DNA of 64,000 nucleotides from Escherichia coli (GTDB lineage Bacteria; Pseudomonadota; Gammaproteobacteria; Enterobacterales; Enterobacteriaceae): NCBI RefSeq assembly GCF_003018255.1, contig NZ_CP027440.1; one strand, 5' to 3'. Shown piece by piece: positions 25,424 to 35,680 of this stretch (position 1 is its first letter; each line of letters starts with the position of its first letter). The notes under the pieces were generated by a model. It saw only the letters and a program-made list of their open reading frames with translations, ran no database searches and was not told where the DNA came from. The position numbers and the translations under genes were made by a program.

Positions 25424-26842
25424 TCAGACGCCGATATTTCTCAACTTTTCGCCTGCCATCAGTTTGCGCTCGATATGTTCCAGCGTGACATTTTTGGTTT
25501 CCGGAATGAGCCAGAAAGTGATGCCCACAAACGCAATGTTCAGCGCAGTGTAGAGCCAGAACGTACCGGCAGCGCCAATGCTATCAAGCAGTGTCAGGAA
25601 GGTCGCGCCGATAATCATATTCGACACCCAGTTTGTCGTCGTTGAGCAGGTGATGCCAAAATCGCGGCATTTCAGCGGCTGAATTTCAGAGCACAAGATC
25701 CACACCACTGGCGCGGCGCTCATCGCATAACCGGCAATACACATCATCGTCATGCCAACAGAGAGCCAGGACAAGCCACTGGAAGCCGTACCGTTATCAA
25801 ACTGCATCAGGCAGTAACCCAGCACCAGAGTGCCTAACGCCATCACGCTGAAACCAATTTTCAGAGCCGGCTTACGCCCTGCTTTATCTACCGTAAAGAC
25901 CGCAATGAAGGTAGCGAACATAAAGGTCAGCCCCACGACCAGAGTCGCAATCATCTGTTGTTCTGTGGTCGTAAAGCCCGCCATTTTGAAGATACGTGGC
26001 GCGTAGTACATGATGATGTTCATACCGGTAAACTGCTGCATCGCCTGCAACAACATACCGAGAAACACAGCACGACGGACGTTACGGTTGATCTTAAACA
26101 GTGCCCAACCGCCCTGTTTTAACTTCAGGCTTTCACGAATTTCGTTGAGTTCTTCTCGCGCTTTTTCCGACGTATCGCGCAGCATACGCAACACTTCTTC
26201 CGCCTCAATATGACGCCCTTTTTCCGCCAGCCAGCGCGGGCTATTTGGCAGGAAGACCACCAGAATAATCAGCAGGACTGCTGGTAAAGCAAGAACCCCC
26301 AACATTGCGCGCCAGTTACCGCTATAACTGAACGCTGTATCGGATAAAAACGCCAGCACGATGCCGAGTGTGACCATCAACTGGTACATACTGATCATCT
26401 TACCGCGAACGTTTTCACTTGCCATTTCAGAAAGATACAGAGGAGCGGTGTAAGACGCGATCCCGACAGCAATGCCCAGCACCACACGAGCGGCGATTAA
26501 CATCTCTACGCTGGTCGCAAATGCGGACCCTATCGAACCGAGCACAAAAAGGATAGCCCCCGCCATCAGGCTGTATTTACGCCCCAGGCGGAACGACAGC
26601 CACCCATTAAACAGCGCACCAATTGCTGCGCCGAGCATCATGCTACTGACCACCCATTCCTGCAAACGGCTGGTCAGCACAAAGTGATCGGTAATGAACG
26701 GCAACGCTCCGGCGATTACGCCGATATCAAGACCAAATAACAATCCTGCGACCGCAGCAGCTACCGAAACAAACATATTCATACGCCGCGTATCCCGCAA
26801 AGAACGTGGCGTTAAAGCAGATTCCGTATTGATAGTAACCAT
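25424..26842 (-). CDS. araE: Arabinose:H+ symporter (MFS)
   Basis: Internal start [31 protein letters not shown] gives 472 aa with an SD sequence upstream; the 515-aa frame is an extension. Confidence 0.93.
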   Translation of the reverse strand: MVTINTESALTPRSLRDTRRMNMFVSVAAAVAGLLFGLDIGVIAGALPFITDHFVLTSRLQEWVVSSMMLGAAIGALFNGWLSFRLGRKYSLMAGAILFVLGSIGSAFATSVEMLIAARVVLGIAVGIASYTAPLYLSEMASENVRGKMISMYQLMVTLGIVLAFLSDTAFSYSGNWRAMLGVLALPAVLLIILVVFLPNSPRWLAEKGRHIEAEEVLRMLRDTSEKAREELNEIRESLKLKQGGWALFKINRNVRRAVFLGMLLQAMQQFTGMNIIMYYAPRIFKMAGFTTTEQQMIATLVVGLTFMFATFIAVFTVDKAGRKPALKIGFSVMALGTLVLGYCLMQFDNGTASSGLSWLSVGMTMMCIAGYAMSAAPVVWILCSEIQPLKCRDFGITCSTTTNWVSNMIIGATFLTLLDSIGAAGTFWLYTALNIAFVGITFWLIPETKNVTLEHIERKLMAGEKLRNIGV

Positions 26843-26903
26843 TTTTTCCTGCCAGCAGAGAGTAAGACATAGTGAAAAAATACGTGAACAATTCACACAG
26901 GTG

Positions 26904-26941
26904 TCAGGTCGGAAATAGCATAAATATGGATTAAATTGCTG
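26904..26941 (-). promoter_or_regulatory. Candidate AraC I1-I2 activator site of the araE promoter
   Basis: In araE sense: cAGCAATTTAATCCATA then 4 nt then TGCTATTTCCGACCTGA; two 17-bp direct half-sites 21 bp apart matching the araBAD I1/I2 pattern (TAGC-N7-TCCATA; ...ACCTGA). Confidence 0.6.
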
Positions 26942-27108
26942 CGACATGTCGTTATGTGATGGATATTCCAATTTTCAAATTAAGTTGAATTATTGAGATT
27001 ATTATTAACCACCTAATTTTAAAGCAGATAAAATTCATAAAGTTCATTAATTGATAATTGATATGGATTATTTCATAACCATGATATGGATTATGATGAT
27101 CTACAGGT

Positions 27109-27134
27109 ATAAAAAACCCTGCCATGCGGCAGGG
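27109..27134 (-). terminator. Rho-independent terminator of kduD
   Basis: On the minus strand, hairpin CCCTGCC-GCAT-GGCAGGG followed by T6. Confidence 0.7.
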
Positions 27135-27156
27135 TCATAAAAGTAAGAGAAATGAA

Positions 27157-27918
27157 TTAACGAGCCAGCCAACCGCCATCCACGGCAATGGTATAACCAT
27201 TCACATAATCTGAAGCGCTGGAGGCAAGGAACACTACCGGCCCCATCAGGTCACTCGGCAGTCCCCAACGGCCAGCTGGAATGCGGTCGAGAATTTCCGC
27301 GCTACGTTGTTCATCTGCCCGTAGTTGTTGAGTATTGTTGGTTGCCATGTAACCCGGAGCTATCGCATTAACATTAATGTTGTGTTTAGCCCATTCATTC
27401 GCCATCAATCGCGTCACGCCCATCACGCCGCTTTTTGATGCGGTATAAGAAGGCACACGGATCCCGCCCTGGAAGGAGAGCATTGACGCGATATTGATAA
27501 TCTTGCCGCCATTGCCTTGCGCGATAAAGTGTTTCGCCGCTGCCTGAGACATGAAGAATACGCTCTTGATATTCAGGTTCATGACATCGTCCCAGTCTTT
27601 TTCGCTGAACTCGAGAGCGTCTTCGCGGCGAATCAATCCGGCGTTATTCACCAGGATATCAATATGACCAAACTCAGCTACCGCGCGATCCAGCAGTGCT
27701 GGAATGCCATCAATCTTTCGCAGATCGGCGGTCAGGCTTAAAAAACGACGCCCCAGCGCCGTGACCTGCTTGATGGTTTCAGTCGGTTCAACGATGTTAA
27801 TGCCAACAATGTCACAGCCTGCTTGCGCCAGCCCCAACGCCATCCCCTGGCCCAGCCCAGTATCACAACCAGTGACGACCGCAACTTTACCTTCGAGAGA
27901 AAATGCACTTAAAATCAT
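27157..27918 (-). CDS. kduD: 2-dehydro-3-deoxy-D-gluconate 5-dehydrogenase (SDR)
   Basis: 253 aa; Rossmann motif TGCDTGLGQG and catalytic YTASK. Confidence 0.92.
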   Translation of the reverse strand: MILSAFSLEGKVAVVTGCDTGLGQGMALGLAQAGCDIVGINIVEPTETIKQVTALGRRFLSLTADLRKIDGIPALLDRAVAEFGHIDILVNNAGLIRREDALEFSEKDWDDVMNLNIKSVFFMSQAAAKHFIAQGNGGKIINIASMLSFQGGIRVPSYTASKSGVMGVTRLMANEWAKHNINVNAIAPGYMATNNTQQLRADEQRSAEILDRIPAGRWGLPSDLMGPVVFLASSASDYVNGYTIAVDGGWLAR

Positions 27919-27947
27919 AACAATACCTTATTCGTTTATGCCCACAA

Positions 27948-28784
27948 CTAGCGCAAATCTTTAACGGCCACATGGTCCATATCATCAAAAACCTGGTTTT
28001 CACCGACCATGCCCCAGATAAAGGTATAAGCTTTGGTTCCGACGCCGGAATGGATCGACCAGCTCGGGGAGATCACCGCCTGCTCGTTATGCATCACAAT
28101 GTGACGCGTTTCTTGCGGTTGCCCCATCATGTGGAAAACGCAGGCGTCATCATCCATATTGAAATAGAAATAAACTTCCATCCGGCGCTCGTGGGTGTGA
28201 CACGGCATGGTGTTCCACAAGTTACCTGGAGCCAGCTCCGTCAGCCCCATACTCAATTGGCAGGTTTCCAGCACATCCGGGACAAAATATTTGTTAATCG
28301 TGCGACGGTTACTGGTGAGGTTATCGCCTAACGTGACTGGAGATACTTCGTCCGGTGTGACTTTTTTGGTGGGATACGTCGTATGCGCGGGTGCGCAATT
28401 GTAATAAAACTTCGCCGGAGTGGCGGTATCAATACTGGCAAAGACAACTTCTTTTGCACCTTTACCAACATACAGGGCTTCGCGGTGACCGATTTCATAG
28501 CATTGACCATCGACAGTAATCGTACCGGCACCGCCAATATTGATAATACCTAACTCGCGACGTTCAAGGAAATAGCTTACGCCGAGTTGTTTACCAACTT
28601 CCCCGCCAACGGAAACCGTTTTAGTTACCGGCATAATGCCGCCAACAATAATACGGTCAATGTGGCTGTAAACCATGGTGTACTCATCGGCGACAAATAC
28701 CTTTTCAACCAAAAATTCATTGCGCAGCCCCTGGGTATCCAGCGTTTTTGCGTGCGCACTGTGGATGCTCTGTCTTACGTCCAC
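27948..28784 (-). CDS. kduI: 5-dehydro-4-deoxy-D-glucuronate isomerase
   Basis: 278-aa cupin-type ORF directly upstream of kduD. Confidence 0.92.
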   Translation of the reverse strand: MDVRQSIHSAHAKTLDTQGLRNEFLVEKVFVADEYTMVYSHIDRIIVGGIMPVTKTVSVGGEVGKQLGVSYFLERRELGIINIGGAGTITVDGQCYEIGHREALYVGKGAKEVVFASIDTATPAKFYYNCAPAHTTYPTKKVTPDEVSPVTLGDNLTSNRRTINKYFVPDVLETCQLSMGLTELAPGNLWNTMPCHTHERRMEVYFYFNMDDDACVFHMMGQPQETRHIVMHNEQAVISPSWSIHSGVGTKAYTFIWGMVGENQVFDDMDHVAVKDLR

Positions 28785-28827
28785 ATCAACCTCCGATAAT
28801 CAGTGAAGCGTGAAAATAGAAAACGAT

Positions 28828-28846
28828 AGTGAAACGCTGTTTCGTT
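28828..28846. promoter_or_regulatory. Candidate KdgR operator (proximal) upstream of kduI
   Basis: AGTGAAACGCTGTTTCGTT matches the KdgR box pattern AATRAAAYRNYRTTTYATT with 2 mismatches. Confidence 0.45.
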
Positions 28847-28894
28847 TTCTCTATAAGGGGATGATATGCCCACGGGATAGGGTTTTCAATTAAA

Positions 28895-28913
28895 AATAAA
28901 ACAATGTTTCATT
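28895..28913. promoter_or_regulatory. Candidate KdgR operator (distal) upstream of kduI
   Basis: AATAAAACAATGTTTCATT matches the KdgR box pattern AATRAAAYRNYRTTTYATT at every position. Confidence 0.6.
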
Positions 28914-29070
28914 TTTAAGGTAAGGACTGAAAAAAGTGCAGTGTCGATCACGAATATGTCATGAGAATGGAAAAATCAGGGAGCCCTGAAAAGGTATGTC
29001 GACTCGCCAGCCACCATTATTCAACAGATTAATGACGGCTGATATTTATCGGTAAGGAGGAAATGCAGAG

Positions 29071-30255
29071 CTATTCGTCACGTTCAATGGTCAATGCCAC
29101 GCCCTGGCCCCCGCCGATACAAAGCGTAGCCAGTCCTTTGCGGGCATTACGTTTCACCATTTCATGAACCAGAGAAACGAGGATTCGGCAACCGGAAGCG
29201 CCTATTGGGTGACCGAGTGCGATCGCGCCACCATTGACATTGACACGACGCTCATCCCATTCAAGCATCTTGCCAACCGAAAGCGCCTGTGCAGCAAACG
29301 CTTCATTAGCCTCGATAAGATCGACATCAGCCAACTGCCAGCCTACACGCTCCAGGCAACGGCGGGTCGCATACACCGGCGCAATTCCCATCAATGCCGG
29401 ATCTACACCAACGCTGGCAAATGCGCGGATGCGGGCCAGCACGGGTAAATTCAACGCTCGTGCTTTGGCTTCGCTCATCATCATTACTGCAGCTGCGCCA
29501 TCGTTTATGGATGATGCATTACCCGCTGTCACAGAACCGAGACTATCAAATGAAGGATTTAAACGGGCTAAGCCTTCTGCACTGGCGTCAGTGCGTGGCT
29601 GCTCATCGGTATCAACAACCAACGTCTGACCGTTACTTTGGGTCATTACCGGGACGATCTCATCTTTAAATCGTCCAGCGTCAATCGCCGCTCGCGCTTT
29701 TTGTTGCGAGCTAAGTGCGTAAGCATCCTGCAACTGACGGCTGATGCCATATTCGCGAGCCAGATTTTCGGCGGTGACACCAATATGATAATCATTGAAG
29801 GCATCCCACAACCCATCGTGCACAAGACTATCAACCAACTGGCTATTGCCAAGCTGTGCACCGGTGCGGCTATCAGTCAGAACATGTGGTGCGCGGCTCA
29901 TGTTTTCCTGGCCACCGGCGATGACAATATCAGCCTCGCCACACTGTATCGCCTGAGTAGCCAGATGCAGTGCTTTAAGCCCGGAACCGCAAACGTCATT
30001 AATAGTGATTGCAGAAACGCTATTAGGAAGACCACCTTTAATAGCCGATTGCCTTGCCGGATTCTGCCCTGCCCCTGCAGTCAACACCTGACCAAGAATT
30101 ACTTCATCCACCGCATATGCAGGAACGCCGGTACGTTCTATTAACGCTTTCACGACCAAGCTGCCAAGTTCCACGGCGGAATGACCCGCTAACGCACCAC
30201 GGAAGCAGCCGATGGGTGTCCGTAACGCCCCGACAATCACAACGTCTTTCATCAC
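29071..30255 (-). CDS. yqeF: Acetyl-CoA C-acetyltransferase (thiolase II family)
   Basis: 394-aa frame (true start may be the second Met); thiolase active-site Cys region NDVCGSGLKA and C-terminal GLATLCIGGGQGVA. Confidence 0.9.
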   Translation of the reverse strand: MMKDVVIVGALRTPIGCFRGALAGHSAVELGSLVVKALIERTGVPAYAVDEVILGQVLTAGAGQNPARQSAIKGGLPNSVSAITINDVCGSGLKALHLATQAIQCGEADIVIAGGQENMSRAPHVLTDSRTGAQLGNSQLVDSLVHDGLWDAFNDYHIGVTAENLAREYGISRQLQDAYALSSQQKARAAIDAGRFKDEIVPVMTQSNGQTLVVDTDEQPRTDASAEGLARLNPSFDSLGSVTAGNASSINDGAAAVMMMSEAKARALNLPVLARIRAFASVGVDPALMGIAPVYATRRCLERVGWQLADVDLIEANEAFAAQALSVGKMLEWDERRVNVNGGAIALGHPIGASGCRILVSLVHEMVKRNARKGLATLCIGGGQGVALTIERDE

Positions 30256-30506
30256 AACCTCGCACCAATTAACAGTGCAATAGTAAATGAATGTTAATTA
30301 CAGTTATCTTAATTGTTTAAAAAAAGTGATTTTTATCACAAAGGAAATATGCCTGAGTAGCAATCAGAGACATAACTGGCACGTAAGGTTTGCAACCACT
30401 AACCCACCAATAGAGAGGTAGAAAGGGCGTTAATCTCCCATACTTAACCTGGTTTATGGTAAATTGCCCTCCATTTTGTTTAATTTGTAGATGATACGTT
30501 CAGATA

Positions 30507-31736
30507 ATGTCTAATATTTGGTCAAAAGAAGAAACTCTGTGGAGTTTCGCGCTCTACGGCACAGCCGTTGGTGCAGGCACGCTCTTCCTTCCTATTCAGT
30601 TAGGTTCGGCGGGGGCTGTGGTCCTGTTTATTACTGCTCTGGTCGCCTGGCCTTTAACATATTGGCCACATAAAGCCTTATGCCAGTTCATCCTCTCATC
30701 GAAAACATCAGCAGGTGAAGGGATAACGGGCGCGGTAACACACTACTATGGCAAGAAGATTGGTAATCTGATTACCACGCTGTACTTCATCGCCTTTTTT
30801 GTCGTCGTGTTGATATATGCAGTGGCAATTACCAACTCACTTACAGAACAGCTGGCAAAGCATATGGTTATTGATCTTCGCATCCGTATGTTGGTGAGTC
30901 TGGGGGTTGTATTAATCCTGAATCTCATTTTTCTGATGGGACGCCATGCCACTATTCGGGTAATGGGATTTTTGGTATTCCCATTGATTGCCTATTTCTT
31001 ATTTCTTTCTATTTACCTGGTCGGTAGTTGGCAACCTGATCTATTAACAACCCAGGTAGAGTTCAATCAGAATACCCTTCACCAGATATGGATATCGATT
31101 CCCGTGATGGTTTTCGCTTTTAGCCATACGCCCATTATTTCTACGTTTGCCATAGACAGACGTGAAAAATATGGCGAACACGCTATGGATAAATGCAAAA
31201 AAATTATGAAAGTCGCTTATCTCATCATCTGCATAAGTGTATTGTTCTTTGTCTTTAGCTGCCTGCTTTCTATTCCACCTTCGTATATTGAAGCGGCTAA
31301 AGAAGAAGGGGTTACCATTTTATCGGCGCTTTCTATGCTGCCGAACGCCCCAGCATGGTTGTCAATTTCCGGGATTATTGTCGCAGTAGTTGCGATGTCG
31401 AAATCATTCCTGGGTACGTACTTTGGCGTTATTGAAGGTGCCACAGAGGTCGTCAAAACAACATTACAGCAGGTTGGTGTAAAGAAAAGTCGTGCATTTA
31501 ACCGCGCACTATCAATTATGTTGGTATCGCTGATTACCTTCATTGTTTGTTGCATTAACCCGAACGCGATTTCGATGATTTACGCGATCAGCGGCCCGCT
31601 CATTGCCATGATACTTTTCATCATGCCTACGCTGTCAACGTATCTCATCCCGGCGCTTAAACCCTGGCGTTCCATCGGAAATCTGATTACCCTGATCGTG
31701 GGTATCCTGTGCGTATCGGTAATGTTCTTTAGCTAA
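30507..31736 (+). CDS. yqeG: Membrane transporter (SdaC/TdcC-like, HAAAP family)
   Basis: 409-aa polytopic membrane ORF; gene-order match. Confidence 0.85.
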   Translation: MSNIWSKEETLWSFALYGTAVGAGTLFLPIQLGSAGAVVLFITALVAWPLTYWPHKALCQFILSSKTSAGEGITGAVTHYYGKKIGNLITTLYFIAFFVVVLIYAVAITNSLTEQLAKHMVIDLRIRMLVSLGVVLILNLIFLMGRHATIRVMGFLVFPLIAYFLFLSIYLVGSWQPDLLTTQVEFNQNTLHQIWISIPVMVFAFSHTPIISTFAIDRREKYGEHAMDKCKKIMKVAYLIICISVLFFVFSCLLSIPPSYIEAAKEEGVTILSALSMLPNAPAWLSISGIIVAVVAMSKSFLGTYFGVIEGATEVVKTTLQQVGVKKSRAFNRALSIMLVSLITFIVCCINPNAISMIYAISGPLIAMILFIMPTLSTYLIPALKPWRSIGNLITLIVGILCVSVMFFS

Positions 31737-31746
31737 TATCCGTTGT

Positions 31747-31790
31747 GGATGGTTCAAAATTGCTTCAATTTTGAACCATCCCAGTTTTCA
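31747..31790 (+). terminator. Rho-independent terminator after yqeG
   Basis: Perfect 16-bp inverted repeat GGATGGTTCAAAATTG-ctt-CAATTTTGAACCATCC followed by CAGTTTTCA. Confidence 0.7.
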
Positions 31791-32052
31791 TAATGTTCAT
31801 TTGTTATTATTCCGCTCTATCACTTCTCTCGTAATATTATATAATTATCAGCCACTTAAACACACAAAGAGTTCTAAACATCTTAAATAAGACTATTTAA
31901 GATACATGACGATTGCATTGCGTAAACGCTTTTTATTTACAAAAAAATGGGGAAGTATTACGGCGATTGCGAAAAGTCTGAAGCGCTTGAATTAAGATAA
32001 TATAGAAAATCAGATACAACAAAAATGGCAGGTAGATGATGTGAAGATAAAT

Positions 32053-32126
32053 TGGAGCGGGCGAAGGGAATCGAACCCTCGTATAGAGCTTGGGAAGCTC
32101 TCGTTCTACCATTGAACTACGCCCGC
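32053..32126 (-). tRNA. glyU: tRNA-Gly (anticodon CCC)
   Basis: Minus strand reads GCGGGCGTAGTTCAATGGTAGAACGAGAGCTTCCCAAGCTCTATACGAGGGTTCGATTCCCTTCGCCCGCTCCA; cloverleaf with CCC anticodon and encoded CCA. Confidence 0.95.
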
Positions 32127-32204
32127 TTCGAGATGCGTAAGGCATTATAAACCTTACGCTCTCCTTAGCAAGTGCCGCGCTGCTGACTGCTGATTAATTC
32201 GCCA

Positions 32205-32981
32205 TCAGCATTTTGGCTTGCTGCCCTGAGGCGGCAAGTAACGTAGCGGATCAATTGCCGTTGCACGGTAACGAATCTGGAAATGCAGGCGAACCGATGC
32301 CGCATCAGTGCTCCCCATAGTGGCGATTTTTTGCCCAGCCTTCACGCTTTGCCCATTATTTACCAGCATCGTGTCATTATGGGCGTAAGCCGTAATGTAA
32401 TCTTCACTGTGTTTAATCATGATGAGATTACCGTAGCCACGCAGCTGGTTGCCCACATACACCACCTTTCCTGCACCCGCGGCGTAAATAGGTGTACCCC
32501 GTGGAGCTGAGATATCAATCCCTTTATTGCCGCCATCAGCTGTCGAATACGGCATGATAACTTTCCCTGTCGTTGGCCATAACCAACAACGTTGCCCTAC
32601 TGGCGGCCAGGAAGATTTCGGTACTGCTGATGACGGTGTAACCGATGCGGTTTTGGTCGTTGATTTGGCGGTTGATTTACGTGTACTACTATTTTTCGCC
32701 CCACCCAGTTTTAGTTTCTGACCAACTTCAATGGTGTAAGGGGGGGAAATGCCGTTCAGTCGCGCCAGCTCTTTTACGCTAGTTCCCGTGGTGCGCGAAA
32801 TACGATATAGCGTATCCCCCCGTTTCACGGTGTAAACGGAGCCGGAATACGTTCCTGTATCGGATGATTTGCTACCCGAGCAGCCCGCCAAAAGCAGTCC
32901 AATCGATAACAACATCACGATACCCAGAGATTTTTTATTCAGGCGTCCCGCACTCAAAATCTTTCCTCGCTTAAAAAACAA
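32205..32981 (-). CDS. ygeR: LysM-domain / M23 peptidase lipoprotein (NlpD-like)
   Basis: Lipobox LLAGCSG, LysM motif (YTVKRGDTLYRISRTTGTSVKELARLNG) and M23 peptidase C-terminal domain; exact start uncertain. Confidence 0.85.
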   Translation of the reverse strand: MFFKRGKILSAGRLNKKSLGIVMLLSIGLLLAGCSGSKSSDTGTYSGSVYTVKRGDTLYRISRTTGTSVKELARLNGISPPYTIEVGQKLKLGGAKNSSTRKSTAKSTTKTASVTPSSAVPKSSWPPVGQRCWLWPTTGKVIMPYSTADGGNKGIDISAPRGTPIYAAGAGKVVYVGNQLRGYGNLIMIKHSEDYITAYAHNDTMLVNNGQSVKAGQKIATMGSTDAASVRLHFQIRYRATAIDPLRYLPPQGSKPKC

Positions 32982-33301
32982 GACGCCATATCATAGCAGC
33001 CAGCCTCTTGATACCCAATCTCTTGCTTCTGGAAAAACGCGGTAATAGAGAAAGAGGTTAATTTCATTTGGCAAAGGGAAGTATCATCAGCAAAATATTC
33101 ACTGTAGATGTATCGAATTTTCTGACTCATTTACCCTATTTCCCATCCTGATGCGTAATAATCCCAATTTATCACATTGATTTTATCGCCACTCATATTG
33201 ATACGTATCACTGCCCCTATTCAGGGTCCTGTTTCGTATCATATCTGTGTTTTTTTAACATCATCACACTTCCTTCCTCCCTTAACGCTTATCGTCGTTT
33301 C

Positions 33302-33316
33302 TGGCGTAAATCTTGC
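33302..33316 (+). promoter_or_regulatory. Candidate sigma-54 (-24/-12) promoter upstream of xdhA
   Basis: TGGCGT-AAATC-TTGCC, with GG-N10-GC spacing, about 95 bp upstream of the xdhA start. Confidence 0.4.
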
Positions 33317-33411
33317 CTGCTTAGACTAAATCTTTGCCATAAGAACCAAATGTTCAAATCGAGGGGATTTCTATGGAAGCGCGGGAAGCAACCGCTACAG
33401 GTGAATCATGC

Positions 33412-35670
33412 ATGCGCGTAGATGCCATTGCTAAGGTCACCGGGCGGGCACGATATACTGACGATTATGTTATGGCGGGCATGTGTTACGCGAAATATGT
33501 ACGTAGCCCTATCGCACATGGTTATGCCATAAGTATTAATGATGAACAAGCCAGAAGTTTACCGGGCGTACTGGCGATTTTTACCTGGGAAGATGTGCCT
33601 GATATCCCATTCGCTACAGCTGGGCATGCCTGGACACTTGACGAAAACAAGCGCGATACCGCCGATCGCGCACTGCTAACTCGCCATGTTCGTCATCATG
33701 GTGACGCCGTTGCCATCGTCGTGGCCCGTGATGAACTCACGGCAGAAAAAGCGGCGCAATTGGTCAGCATTGAGTGGCAAGAATTACCCGTTATCACCAC
33801 GCCAGAAGCGGCGCTGGCAGATGACGCTGCACCAATCCATAACGGCGGCAATTTACTAAAACAAAGCTCGATGTCGACGGGTAATGTCCAACAAACAATC
33901 GATGCCGCCGATTACCAGGTGCAGGGGCACTATCAGACTCCCGTTATTCAACATTGTCATATGGAAAGCGTGACATCGCTGGCATGGATGGAGGATGACT
34001 CGCGAATTACCATCGTTTCCAGCACCCAGATCCCGCACATTGTTCGCCGTGTGGTTGGTCAGGCGCTGAATATTCCCTGGTCATGCGTACGAGTCATCAA
34101 ACCGTTTGTCGGTGGCGGTTTTGGTAATAAACAGGATGTACTGGAAGAGCCAATGGCGGCATTCCTGACCAGCAAGCTTGGCGGCATTCCGGTGAAAGTT
34201 TCCCTTAGCCGTGAAGAGTGTTTCCTCGCAACCCGTACCCGCCACGCTTTTACTATTGACGGGCAAATGGGCGTGAACCGCGACGGAACATTGAAAGGTT
34301 ATAGTCTGGATGTTCTGTCTAACACCGGCGCTTATGCATCTCACGGGCACTCCATCGCTTCTGCGGGCGGAAATAAAGTCGCTTACCTTTATCCTCGTTG
34401 TGCCTACGCTTACAGTTCAAAGACCTGCTATACCAACCTCCCCTCGGCTGGTGCGATGCGTGGTTATGGCGCGCCACAAGTCGTATTTGCCGTTGAGTCT
34501 ATGCTTGATGACGCCGCGACAGCGTTAGGTATTGATCCTGTTGAAATTCGTTTACGCAACGCCGCCCGCGAAGGAGATGCTAATCCGCTCACGGGCAAAC
34601 GTATTTACAGCGCAGGGTTGCCGGAGTGTCTTGAAAAAGGCCGGAAAATCTTTGAATGGGAAAAACGCCGTGCAGAGTGCCAGAACCAGCAAGGCAATTT
34701 ACGCCGCGGCGTTGGCGTCGCCTGTTTTAGCTACACCTCTAACACCTGGCCTGTCGGCGTAGAAATAGCAGGCGCGCGCCTGTTGATGAATCAGGATGGA
34801 ACCATCAACGTGCAAAGCGGCGCGACAGAAATCGGTCAGGGGGCCGACACCGTCTTCTCGCAAATGGTAGCAGAAACCGTGGGGGTTCCGGTCAGCGACG
34901 TTCGCGTTATTTCAACCCAAGATACCGACGTTACGCCGTTCGATCCCGGTGCATTTGCCTCACGCCAGAGCTATGTTGCCGCGCCTGCGCTGCGCAGTGC
35001 GGCACTGTTATTAAAGGAGAAAATCATCGCTCATGCCGCTGTCATGCTACATCAGTCAGCGATGAATCTTACCCTGATAAAAGGCCATATCGTGCTGGTT
35101 GAACGACCGGAAGAGCCATTAATGTCGTTAAAAGATTTGGCGATGGACGCCTTCTACCACCCTGAACGCGGCGGGCAGCTCTCTGCCGAAAGCTCCATCA
35201 AAACCACCACTAACCCACCAGCGTTTGGCTGTACCTTTGTTGATCTGACGGTCGATATTGCGCTGTGTAAAGTCACCATCAACCGCATCCTCAACGTTCA
35301 TGATTCGGGCCATATTCTTAATCCGCTACTGGCAGAAGGTCAGGTACACGGCGGAATGGGAATGGGCATTGGCTGGGCGCTATTTGAAGAGATGATCATT
35401 GATGCGAAAAGCGGCGTGGTCCGTAACCCCAATCTGCTGGATTACAAAATGCCGACCATGCCGGATCTGCCACAACTGGAAAGCGCGTTCGTCGAAATCA
35501 ATGAGCCGCAATCCGCATACGGACATAAGTCACTGGGTGAGCCACCAATAATTCCTGTTGCCGCTGCTATTCGTAACGCGGTGAAGATGGCTACCGGTGT
35601 TGCAATCAATACACTGCCGCTGACGCCAAAACGGTTATATGAAGAGTTCCATCTGGCAGGATTGATTTGA
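33412..35670 (+). CDS. xdhA: Xanthine dehydrogenase, molybdopterin-binding subunit
   Basis: Start MRVDAIAKVTGRARYTDDY gives 752 aa (the 765-aa frame is an extension); aldehyde oxidase / xanthine dehydrogenase Mo-binding family. Confidence 0.92.
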   Translation: MRVDAIAKVTGRARYTDDYVMAGMCYAKYVRSPIAHGYAISINDEQARSLPGVLAIFTWEDVPDIPFATAGHAWTLDENKRDTADRALLTRHVRHHGDAVAIVVARDELTAEKAAQLVSIEWQELPVITTPEAALADDAAPIHNGGNLLKQSSMSTGNVQQTIDAADYQVQGHYQTPVIQHCHMESVTSLAWMEDDSRITIVSSTQIPHIVRRVVGQALNIPWSCVRVIKPFVGGGFGNKQDVLEEPMAAFLTSKLGGIPVKVSLSREECFLATRTRHAFTIDGQMGVNRDGTLKGYSLDVLSNTGAYASHGHSIASAGGNKVAYLYPRCAYAYSSKTCYTNLPSAGAMRGYGAPQVVFAVESMLDDAATALGIDPVEIRLRNAAREGDANPLTGKRIYSAGLPECLEKGRKIFEWEKRRAECQNQQGNLRRGVGVACFSYTSNTWPVGVEIAGARLLMNQDGTINVQSGATEIGQGADTVFSQMVAETVGVPVSDVRVISTQDTDVTPFDPGAFASRQSYVAAPALRSAALLLKEKIIAHAAVMLHQSAMNLTLIKGHIVLVERPEEPLMSLKDLAMDAFYHPERGGQLSAESSIKTTTNPPAFGCTFVDLTVDIALCKVTINRILNVHDSGHILNPLLAEGQVHGGMGMGIGWALFEEMIIDAKSGVVRNPNLLDYKMPTMPDLPQLESAFVEINEPQSAYGHKSLGEPPIIPVAAAIRNAVKMATGVAINTLPLTPKRLYEEFHLAGLI

Positions 35671-35680
35671 GGATAACATC

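Noticed and set aside
25424-26971. N-terminally extended frames for araE (515 aa), xdhA (765 aa), xanQ (485 aa), guaD (479 aa), hyuA (465 aa) and ppdB (267 aa)
   Set aside because: Internal starts reproduce the expected protein N-termini and lengths, and the extensions cover promoter or upstream gene sequence.
27061-27093. Two extra ATATGGATTA direct repeats 23 bp apart in the araE-kduD spacer
   Set aside because: They share only the TCCATA core of AraC half-sites, lack the TAGC arm and the 21-bp spacing, and sit just inside the kduD terminator region; probably chance or low-affinity sites.
31933-32145. 70-aa minus-strand ORF overlapping glyU
   Set aside because: It coincides with the tRNA-Gly sequence; the tRNA explains the region.
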